Of a DNA stretch of 64,000 nucleotides, positions 36,323-46,944 are shown piece after piece. Both the position numbers and the translations under genes were made by a program. This stretch comes from Heteronotia binoei (lineage: Eukaryota). The notes below the pieces were generated by a model, which was not told where the DNA came from, did not search any database, and worked only from the letters and a program-made list of their open reading frames with translations. The DNA lies in NCBI RefSeq assembly GCF_032191835.1, contig NC_083223.1, positions 250,170,001 through 250,234,000 of the forward strand, in the 5' to 3' direction. Every line of letters starts with the position of its first letter. The first letter of the stretch is position 1.

Positions 36323-37644
36323 TGATTCTGAAGCCTGGTGCCTCAAGCAACAGCTGACCACAGAAGAAACCCAAGTGGCTTATGTCCTTGGAAGCACCCC
36401 ACCTTTCCTGGAAGGCCTTCTGTCTCCAGGGCAGCTCTCCAGCCCTGACCAAGTCTTCACACCCATGGCCAGCACCCCAACCAGTAGTGTCGCTGTACCG
36501 TCATTTGACTTTAGTGCTGTGGGTGGCACAGACTGCCCATCAGGATTCACAGAGACAACCTCTGCTGGACTGCCTCAAGAGATGGTGGAGCCCGGAAATA
36601 TCTCCTCCATGGAGGAGGCCCCCGGCTCCACGCTCAGCCTTCTTGGTAAAGGCCCGGCGTTCAGCTATGTGATTGTACCAACAGGCTATGAGCAGAGTGT
36701 AAGGAGGGACAACCCTGGAAGCTCCTCCAAAGACTTTGTCTGCACCCCGCCCTATACACCCCACCAAGGCTCTGCCTTCCTCTTTGCAACCCAGGAGTCT
36801 TACACCCCAAGCTCCGCCCCAGCAGCTTTGCCTCCGGTGACTGCTCCCGCTCCATCTGCTGCCGCTGCCGCCACAACCACTGCTGTCACCACCACCTCCT
36901 CTGAGCTGTTCTACACCCAGGAACAATGCAGTGCTCTCTATGAGAAGTTACCGCCTACCCCGGACAGCCCTGGTAATGGGGACTGTACCGTCATGACCCT
37001 GCCCGAGATCAGAGGTCCCCTCTATATCGACGTGCCCATGGTGCCTGAGGGGATCCTGACTCCGGAGGCCTCACCCATCAAACAGACTTTCTTCAGATAT
37101 TCTGAAAAAGAGAAGAATGAGATCAAACTACTGGCCCAGCAGATCAGCAGCCTGGCCGAAGCTTTCAGCTCCATCCCTTCAAGACAGCTGGCCAAGAACA
37201 GCCAGATCGCTGTTGATTTCTCTGAGCCAGCTGCCACCCCTGAAGCATGCCTGGACTTCCAGCTTTCAAAGAATTGGAGGAGCGTTGACTTCTCCTTGTT
37301 GACCTGCCCAGAGGAAGATCTCCTGGAAGAGGATGCTCTCGAGACCCTTCTCCAAGACCTGTCCACCTCTCTGTTCGAGAAAGGTGGCACAGGTATGAGG
37401 TGCCCTCACCACCAGTTCTGCGGTGGGAATGTCAGTAGTCCAATGAGCTTGGACAATGAAGACAGTAGCCAAGGAGCCTTGGCTCCCTCGCCCAGCATGG
37501 ACCTGCCTCCAGAAGAGCGATGCTTTTTGGAAGAACTGGCCTCCTATGAAACAGCCTTTGAGACACGTGCCTCAAACTCTCCCTGTGATGGGTTAGATGA
37601 GTTGTATCAACTCCAGAGCCACATGCAAGAAGGCTTCCATGAAG
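36323..37644 (+). CDS. NPAS4: NPAS4 exon 7 (large transactivation-domain exon)
   Basis: ttgcag|T GAT TCT...GAA G|gtaagc, 1322 nt. Contains the NPAS4 motifs [50 protein letters not shown] and [14 protein letters not shown]. Confidence 0.97.
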
Positions 37645-37890
37645 GTAAGCATCAGAACTGGCCTTGGCAGGAGGGAAAGGGCTGACAGTTTTAAAATCTT
37701 GGACCTGTCAGATAAAGCAAAGGGAGGGTGAGGAGAAATGGTCAATGCTGCATGTGTTTTGGCCCTTCTGCAGCCAACCATGCAACAATAGACAACAAAT
37801 GTCTATCCTTTATTAATGTTAAAGTGAATCTGAAAACATGTGGTCAGATTACTAACCAACTACCTCCTTGCTTTGTGTCTCCTTCTACAG

Positions 37891-37919
37891 ATGGAAGCAA
37901 AAGTGACCCTTCGTTTTGA
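37891..37919 (+). CDS. NPAS4: NPAS4 exon 8 (C-terminus)
   Basis: ctacag|AT GGA AGC AAA AGT GAC CCT TCG TTT TGA encodes (D)GSKSDPSF*, cf. human DGSGGEPTF*. Summed CDS is 2280 nt = 759 aa + stop. Confidence 0.95.
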
Positions 37920-39757
37920 AATAAGTCCGTGACTTACTTCTCCGAGTATGGCATATTGTCATAACTTAAGGATTTTCTTCTGCCGAACCCCCTGGAAAGG
38001 ACTCTAATGACAAACCAAGAGGATGTCCACCCAACGTCCTGGGATGGGGGGTTTTGGGGGAAGGACTTTTTTGTTGTTGTTTTTTTTAAAATAACAAAAA
38101 CAAAAAAATATTATTATCTTGATTCTGAGACATCGAAGCTGATCAGAGCTAAGGAAAGGACCATTGTAAGGGGACTTACACATGTTATTGTATTCACTCG
38201 TAGTGAGTAACCTTGTATGTAATTTACTAAGAAATCTGAGGCAGGGCCTGGCACCTTGGCTGCTTCCACGGGCATTCAACACACAGTTGGAGCATAGCAC
38301 CCGTGCAGCCATTTTGCACATGACTTGGGAATGAGTCATCTTCTCCCAATCCGTCCCCCCCGCCCAGACAACAGAATGTGTAGGTGGTACTAGAACCTAC
38401 GACAGTAAGGGCCAATGGCTGGCAATGTGCTACTTTCTTTCTTTCCTTTCTTGCTGCTATCCTCTGCTTTTCCACTGCACTTCTGTTCCCAAAGAAATCT
38501 GAAGAATTCAAGCTTTAACTCACCCAGTTCTCATGGGGTGGTTCTTATTATTAGTCTCCTTTTGGTGACCTTTCCCCCTTTTTATTTCTCAGAACTACTC
38601 TGGGAGATGAACCTATTTCTAGTTCCATGACCATCTGTGTTCACAGCCATCATATCCATTTTTTTTTTCTGGGCTGAGATGAATGTCAGACCTGGCAGAG
38701 AGATTGCCTGTGACAATTATTACCAAACAAATTAGTAGAGTTTGCTAATGACCAAGGATGCAATACAGAGTCAAATCTGGTGCTTCTGGCCTTCCAGGTG
38801 CCAATTAAGCAAGGGCAATTGGTGCATCCCTGAAGTCCTTTTTGTTGGGACCATCGTAATAGATTCTACTCTGAGCCACAGCATCAGGACCAATGGGATT
38901 TTGCTGCTGTATTGGCCAAACTAGGTGATCCACAGGAATCTTTGTGGGTTGTGATGGATTTGCATTGTGAATGTGCCCCCTTTAACTGAAAAGTTAGGCT
39001 TCAGTATCTCTCTGCCAGCTCCAACCTCCCCTGATATTTTACTGGCATTTCAGCAGAATATATACATATATTTTGCTCATAACATGATTTCATCTGCTCT
39101 GATAAAAAAAAGTGTTTCCTGTTTCCACAGGATCATAGTGCGAGCTAGTTGGAATGATTTTTTAGAACCCCAAATGTCCCCCCAGCCACGCTGCAATGAA
39201 CTGCAGCCAGGAGTAGGGGAGATATACTGGTCCAGATGATGGTACGGAACAGAAATGTTTATATATATATAAATACTGGTAGCTATCTTGATATATAATT
39301 TTTTTTTAAAAAAATGGTTCTGCAAGAGAGCATGTGAAACTCTCCAGAATTCTGTCCCAGCTGTTATTCTGAACATAGATTCATGAGTCAGATAATGGAG
39401 ATCTGTGCTTCTCTTCCCCCCACCCCCTTCTTTGTTCAAAAACAAATGTCTGAAACCTTTGTGCCACTTCCCTTTGTCTGGAGTGGTGCTATCACTCTTT
39501 GTAGAATTATCTACGATCAAGTATCAGGATTGAATCCTCTGAACTTTTTATGAATTCTCACATTGTCAGAATGTGGGATACTGTAAAAATAATAATAATG
39601 TACAATTGTAAAAAAAGACTGAGTTTGCTTTTTTAAAACAAAGAGAGATACGTAAGCACATTTGTAGCTGTATATTACTGGAGCTCTATGTACTATGTAT
39701 GGAGTCTTTGTGCTGCAAATTCTTGACCTATGTTGGGTCTGAATGTTAATATTTTGG

Positions 39758-39763
39758 AATAAA
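39758..39763 (+). terminator. Probable NPAS4 poly(A) signal
   Basis: AATAAA at the end of an AU-rich stretch ~1.84 kb after the stop. Unique sequence gives way to repeats shortly afterwards. Confidence 0.65.
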
Positions 39764-42306
39764 AGTGAAATTTAAAAATACACACAAGGGGGAAAGTGGA
39801 TTTTTTAAAAAGCAATGGTACAGACCCAGTAGAAGGGTCTCAACACATTGGGGGAATTAAAAGAAAAATGGGATGATATTCCATATGGATTGTTAGCGTA
39901 AGGCTCTGCACAGTTGCACCTTCTACAAGTTAACAAAAAAAAAAAGCTACCAAAAGTCAAGTGTGTTTGTGGGTCTAGTAGAAATATAGGGGGAAACTGC
40001 AACTCATGGTCACAATCATGCATGCAAAATACAGAACTATATTTTGCTGTGACTGCAGTACAAACAAGATGTACAGACAGGTTGGCACACTGGTATATTA
40101 GAACAGCAAGGTGGCATAGTGGTGAGAGTGTCAGACTGGGATTGGGGAGACTGGAGTTCAAATCCACATGCATTTTCAACCCTCACTTGTCAGCCCTGGG
40201 CCAGTCATTCTCTCTTAGCCTAAACTACTTTGCAGGAATATTGTTAAAGAGAGCAAGCAAGGAGGAGAACTCCTTAAATGAAGGGAAAGATAAAAATGAA
40301 ATACGTATACATTAAGGACAAATGATGCTTATACCATTTGGTTTTCCTTTAGAGTGATCCAAACAGACCCAAAGTACAAGCTTTGTTTCAGGATGGGGGA
40401 CTGGCCACCTTGCCAAGTTGACTATGAAACAGCAATAAGAACAGAATAAACAGTATTGCTGGATTCTTTTTGGGGCAGAGCTCTCAACAATCCATGGGCA
40501 GCTGACATGGAAACATAAACAAAAGTTCCTACCCCACAGAGTTTACAATCCAAATTTGAACTGTTGAGAAACAAGCTCACAGTGAACGATGAGAGAAGCC
40601 ACAGTGGAAAACAAGGATGATGAATATGGACAATGAAAGTTAAATAGATGCTGGATTATTTGTTCCAATTCACACTACCTGATCTTTATAAAAACCATGG
40701 TGACTACTCATAAGAACATAATAACATACGAGAAGCTATGTTGGATCAGGCCAATGGCCCATCCAGTCCAACACTCGGTCGCACAGTGGCCAAAATACCT
40801 CGGTGCCATCAGGAAGTCCACTAGTGAGCCCAGGATACTAGAAGCCTTCCCACTGTTGCCCCCCCAAGCACCAAGAATACAGAGCATCACAGTCCCAGAC
40901 AGAGAGTTCCATCTATACCCTATGGCTAATAGCCACTGATGGACCTCTGTTTCATATGTTTATCCAATCCTACTCTTATGCTCCATGTTGCAGATGCAGC
41001 CTCAAAGAATCATGGCTAGCTTAAGAAGACCATGCAGAGAGTTTTCTGCCTGGGATGAAGTTTGAACCTGGGATTTCCCAGTTCTCATTCTTAGCAACAT
41101 GACAGCACAAGAATACATCAGAGGTCCAGCATTCCTTCTCTCACCTTTGGTTGAATGTTTTTGCCAACCAGAATCTTGGTCCCTGTGCCCCACCACGTCA
41201 CAGTTTCAAAGACAACTTTGCAGTGTAGTGCTGCAGCAAAGGAAAAAGTGCAAGTTGAGACTAAGAGGTGGCTGGCTATGACCAGTTGCATGGTAAAATC
41301 CTGCAAGGAGTTGCAGGGGTAACTTCACTTTCTGTATTTCCCTTCCTCATACACTTTTCTGTTTCCCTTCCTCCTGGCAGGCCCCATATTCTCAACTTTC
41401 CCTATTCCTATCGGTCCTTCCTGCCACCCATCTATCTTTTACCTGGCCCTAAGGTTGTCAACATCCAGATGAGGCCTGGAGAAGCTGGAATCGAACAAAT
41501 CGCCAGAGAAGAAAATGGCTGCTTTGTAGAAGATGGCTACTTTGGAAATCAAACTCTATGGCAATACAGCCCACTGATCTCCCCTCTCCAATACCAATAC
41601 ACCTCTTCTGTCCTCGCCTCCCCAAAACTGGTCCATCCCCCACCCCCCACCAAAATATCCAGGAATTTCCCAACTTGGACTTGCCACTCCTATATTTTTT
41701 ATTTTCTTCATTTCTAGTTCATTGTTCTCCACAATGGCCTAAAGTCTGTCTCCCAGTGAGTTTATGCAGATTTGAACCTTGGTTTCCAGACAGTCATAAG
41801 AAACTAACCGCTATAGCGCATAATTGGTTATTGGGGCTGGCTGCTGTTGAACGGAGTTATTGCTGTGAGGATAAAACAAAGGTGGGGAGAACAATGCTAT
41901 ACACTGCTTAGTGTCTCCATCCAGAGGAAAAACGGGGTATAAATGTATATAATGTATTTTCGTAAGAAGCTGGGCTGTAAAATATTGTATATCCATATCT
42001 TACCTGCCTTTTATGCTGCCTTCGTTCCTGCTGGTATATTACTTCATCATCTCATAATTGGGTCCCTTCTCCTCCTAATCTGTAATTCAGTCAAAGACAG
42101 ATAAACTTTTCTTAGCCAAAAGAAATCTAACATAAATAAATGCCTTATCCAGGCCAACCTGAGCAGGCCTTACGTTCTTGTGAGTACAGAGGAAACCTGA
42201 ATCACTGTTTTGTAAGGCCCAGAAAACTGAACTCGGATTCCAGCCGCTTCTCCAGCTCGGTTGAAGCTAATCGCAATCGTTTTCATATCTGGGTTCTACG
42301 GCGTTT

Positions 42307-42322
42307 TGGCGCCCTCTGCTGC
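42307..42322 (-). promoter_or_regulatory. CTCF-like motif overlapping an E2F consensus
   Basis: TGGCGCCCTCTGCTGC matches GYGCCMYCTRSTGG at 13/14 positions. TTTGGCGC at 42305-42312 is the E2F consensus TTTSSCGC. Confidence 0.5.
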
Positions 42323-45300
42323 TGCTGAGACATTACTATTTTCCTCTGCGCCTTCTGACGTCTCCGTTTGGCGGGAAAATAAAACGAAACCTGGCGAACG
42401 CCAGAAAAACTTCCTTTTCTCTACAGTAGATCAAAACGTGCGGAGGACATTAGTAAGGTAAGGGAGCGGAGAGGGGCGCATACTGGATGAAAAGCCCTGG
42501 CTAAGGGGGAGAACTTCATCGCTCTGTCTGCTCTCAGTTAAAGCATTTCTCAGATGGTGCATTTTGAGACAGTTCACAGCCTTGATTTCTACTTTTACTT
42601 GTTTTTGTTTTGTATTCTCATATGTACGTGTGTGTGTGTGCATGTGAGTGTGTGTACTTGGTGAATGACCCCTACTGGGGGCCTGGAGGATATTCAAAGG
42701 GGGTGACTGAAGAAAGCCTGCCCTGGTCCTTCCGACTGATGGTATTCCAAGGAAGTCTCCCATCCAAGTACACTTGGCAGGGTCAACCCTGCTTAGCTTC
42801 TGAGATCTGATGAGACTGGTCAGGAAACTCTTTTGATTTCTGAAGCGGAGAGAAGCCTGCCTTATGGAGTGCTATTTTCCAAACCTGTCTCTGCTCCTTA
42901 AGCACCTTGAACAGGGACCAGATCCAAAGACATGAACAATCCTGCAGATCTCCTTGCTATGATGAGAAATGTCACCACCTGCTGATTTCTGCAGCTCAGG
43001 CTATGGTTAAGGAGCCAACAGTCTGGGCTGCCTCTCTAGTAGGGTTGGCTGAAGTGCCGGTTGGAAAATTTGCGGAGATTTAGGGATGGTGTCTGAGGGA
43101 GGTGGAGTTTAGGCATAGGAGGAAGCTCAACAGGGATGTGATACCGTAGAGTTAGGGTTGCCAGTTCTGGGTTGAGAAGCACCTGGAGATTTGGTAGTGG
43201 AGCCTGAGGAGGGCAGGGTTTGGGGAGGGGCAGGACTTCAGTGGGGTAGAATGCCCTCGGGTTCACCTTCCAAAACAGCCATGCTCTCCAGATGAGCTAA
43301 TCTCTATCACCAGGAAGTTGGAAACCCTTCAGAGTCCACCTTCCAAAGCTGCCATTTCCTCCAGGGGAACTAATCTCTGTAGTATGAATATCAGCTGGAA
43401 GTTTGGCATCAAAAGTGAGATAGCCAGAGGGGTAGGGAAGAAAAAAGGCAAAGCCACTGGATATAAACATCCAAACAATCTTGAAAAAAATCTTGAAAAA
43501 AGTCAGCACAATATATTGTGAGTGTATTAAGTGTTGATTTTTTTCAAGATTGCCTGGACATTTATACACAGTGACTTTGCCTTTTTTATTCCCTACCTGG
43601 AGGTTGGCAACCCCACAAGTGTCTTGGGGACAGCTCCTTAAGAACAGCGAGACTCATGTTCCTTGGAGAGAGGGGATGTACAGCTTTCCCCACTCATGCA
43701 TGATAAACTGCACCTTCTTGGATTCTTTCTTCTGCACACCAGTTCAAGGTAGAGAAGCAGACTGACCTAACTTTGTATCTGTTCTCTGGCCCCTGATAAA
43801 GCTGATCCCCTTCTCAGGTTCCCAGTCTGAAATTCAATCAACATTCCACTACAGGAAGTTTTTAAAAAAAGAAATTGAAGTTCACCCCTATGTTCCTCCA
43901 AGCCAAGTTTCATAACTTCGCCAATTCTACACCTCAGGACCAAGGGAAGAAAAAGAGATTGGATTTATACCCTGCCCTTCACTCAGAGCGACATACAGTC
44001 TCCTTCCCTTCCTCTCCCCACAACACCCTGTGAGGTAGGTGTGACTGAGAGAGCTCTGAGAGAACTGCTCTTGAGAAAGCAACTCTCTCAAGAACTGTGA
44101 CTGACCCAAGGTCCTCCAGCCGGCTTTATGTGGAGGACTGGAGAATCAAACGTGGTTCTTCCAGATTAGAGTCTGCCACTCTTAACTACTACACCAAAAT
44201 GGCTCTCCCTCCAAGATGCCCCCCCCCCCAGCACTGGGTTCAGCCAAAGCCTTGGTTGCTCTTTCCTGAGTGTGGGGAACCTATAGTGCCATCCTAAACA
44301 GGTTTGCTCAATCCTTTTCAACGTGGCTTACCCCTTGGCAAGGGTTCTCAGGGTGCCACTGTGGCTATGTAGTCTGGCCCTTTGGCCTACACAACTGAGC
44401 CAGTCCCAGGGAACTTATATTCTGGAATTTGGTACTAGACAAGTGCAAGACAGCAGGAAAGAATATGGATGTTGCATATACTTAGGCTGTTTCAGGAGGT
44501 AATGGGGGACTAAGGGTTTGTCCCAAAGGCTTCCTGGGAAAGGAGGGTTTTGGGGAGGAAGGTTGTTGTCATTGTATGGCGGTGTGTGTAGTATAGCTAG
44601 GAAGTCCTAAGATTGTCTGGCAGCCAGAAGTTCTAGCCCTTTTTAGCATTATGCACCACTAGATGGCAAGCTAGACTTGTTTTTTAAGGCAAGAGATGTT
44701 TCAGAGGTGGTTTGCCATTGCCTGCATCATGCCCCTGGTATTCCTTGGAGGTCACCCATCCATATACTAGCCAAGGCTGACCCTACTTAGCTTCCAAGAT
44801 CTGATGAGACCGGGCTAGCCTGGGCTCTCCAGGTCAAGGTGAGGAGGGAGGTGAAGAAGAAGAATTGCAGATTTATACCCCGCCCTTCTCTCTGAATCAG
44901 AGACTCAGAGCGGCTTACAATCTCCTGTGTCTTCCTCCCCCACAACAGACACCCTGGGAGGTGGGTGGGGCTGGAGAGGGCTCTCACAGCAGCTGCTCTT
45001 TCAAGGACAACCTCTGCCAGAGCTATGGCTAACCCAAGGCCATTCCAGCAGGTGCAGAGGTTGTCATTCCAGCAGGGTCAGACATATTTGTTTTCCTGGG
45101 AAATATAATCAAAGGAGTAGAGTAGGACAAGAAAGAGAGACGGGACTTGGGTACAGTTTACTTACGTTGCTTTCCCACAGTGAAAATAGGGTGGAGATGA
45201 AAGGTGTTTGGCTAGCCATTGGGGCTCCCAGTTAAGCTACAGGCCTAAGAAAAGCTTGAGTGTATGTAAAAGGTCTGATTTCCATCCAGGTCTGTGCAAA

Positions 45301-46080
45301 CTTGTTTGATTGGGAAAGGAGGCAAGGAGAAAGATAAGAAGCAGTGAGGGTGAGGAGCTCAAAGTTCAGCAAAGCAGATTACTTCTCCTCTGAAACTGGC
45401 TCAGACATTTGTACAGCCTGCACTCCATTTGGCTTTAGACCTGTGCACATTTGAGGAGGTGCTCACTTTATGAACCTTCATGTAAAGAGGCAGTATACCT
45501 TTGAATACCAGACTTTACAGCCAGGGGAAGGCTGTTGTCTTTCTGTGCTTGTGCATTCAACAAGGCCATCTGGCCAGCTGCACTTGGAATGCTGAGCCTT
45601 GGTCTGGTCCCATCCAGCAAGGCAACGCAGTTATTCTTATGGCCACTGGCTTATAAAGCTCTAGAAAGATTAAGACATACCCATGGCAGAGTAGTCCAGC
45701 AATAGTCAATGTGATGATGACTAACTAGAAGCGCCTTGTTTAAAAGCAGTCTTCCTTGGAATACTACTTATTGGGGAAGGCTAATGCCTTCATAATTCCC
45801 TTGTAACCTTCCAGAGGCATCACTAGTAGAAATAGGGTGCTGAGCTCCACACATATGATGGTCTCGTCCAGCAGGGCTCTTCTGCTGTAAAATGCTAAAG
45901 GAGATTTGGGTTATTAGTATTTTAGTGCTGTCTTATTTTAAGTTTAACTTTTGAATTGTTGGATTTTATTGATTTTGTGATCTTATTATGTTGTGAGCCA
46001 CCCTGAGCCCACTTGTGGGGTAGAGCGGGATATAAGTTAAATTAATAAATAATAAATAATCCTTTGGGGCAGAATCCTTT

Positions 46081-46351
46081 GAGAGCCAGTTTGGTGTAGT
46101 GGTTAAGTGCACAGACTCTTATCTGGAAGAACTGGGTTTGATTCCCCACTCCTTCACTTGCAGCTGCTGGAATGGCTTTGGGTCAGCCATAGCTCTCATA
46201 GGAGTTGTCCTTGAAAGGGCAGCTGCTATAAGAGCTCTCTCAGCCCCACCTACCTCACAGGGTGTCTGTTGTGTGTGGGGGGGAGGTAAAGGAGCTCTGA
46301 GATTCAGAGTATAGGGCGGGATGTAAATCCAATATTTTCTTCTCCTTCTTC
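46081..46351 (+). mobile_element. Gecko-type tRNA-derived SINE (Squam3-like), full length
   Basis: A-box tggtgtagtgg, B-box ggtttgattcc, (TTC)n tail. Other copies at ~26690-26905(+), 43950-44205(-), 44850-45060(-), 48208-48482(-), 53603-53890(+), 54520-54773(-) and 57200-57440(-). Confidence 0.85.
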
Positions 46352-46605
46352 TAATGCATAGACACAGTTGTGGTTGGATTGCAGAGGTCCAGATGCAGAT
46401 CTCCACTTTGCTCTGAGGCTCGCTGGGCCAGTCACCACCTTCCAGCCTAACCTACCTCACAAGATTGTTGTGAGAATTAATGAGGAAAAGGCCCACCTCA
46501 CTCTGAGCTCTTTGGAGGAAGGTAAAGCTGAAATGCATCGCTCTCCAAAACAAATAAATTCTTTGCTTTTTAAAAAAGTCTGCTTTTGGTCACTTTCATC
46601 TACGC

Positions 46606-46944
46606 CAGGGGCAGCCAAACTGTGACGCAGGAGCCACATGTGGCTCTTTTACACATATTATGTGGCTCCTCTTGGAACTCCCACCACTCCATCAGTTGAC
46701 TTGGAAAAGGCATTTCTCTCTTTAAATCACTTTGCCAAGCCAGTTGGCAGCTTGGAGAATGCATTTAAAGTTTAAATTGCTTTCTTTCCGTCTCTCTCTC
46801 CCTCCTCCATCTATTTGCCTTCCTTCCTTCCTTCCTTCCTTCCTTCCTTCCTTCCTTCCTTCCTTCCCTCCCTCCCTCCCTCCCTCCCTCCCTCAAACAT
46901 TTATTCTCTGTGGATCTTATGTTAAGCAAGTTTGGCCACCCCTG
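46606..46944. mobile_element. hAT MITE containing a (CCTT)n/(CCCT)n microsatellite
   Basis: TIR CAGGGGCAGCCAAACT...AGTTTGGCCACCCCTG with degenerate 8-bp TSD ATCTACGC/GTCTATGC. Related copy at ~49412-49650. Confidence 0.8.

Noticed and set aside
46081-46160. Possible tRNA genes with A/B boxes
   Set aside because: No closed cloverleaf, and each continues into a shared SINE body and simple-repeat tail.
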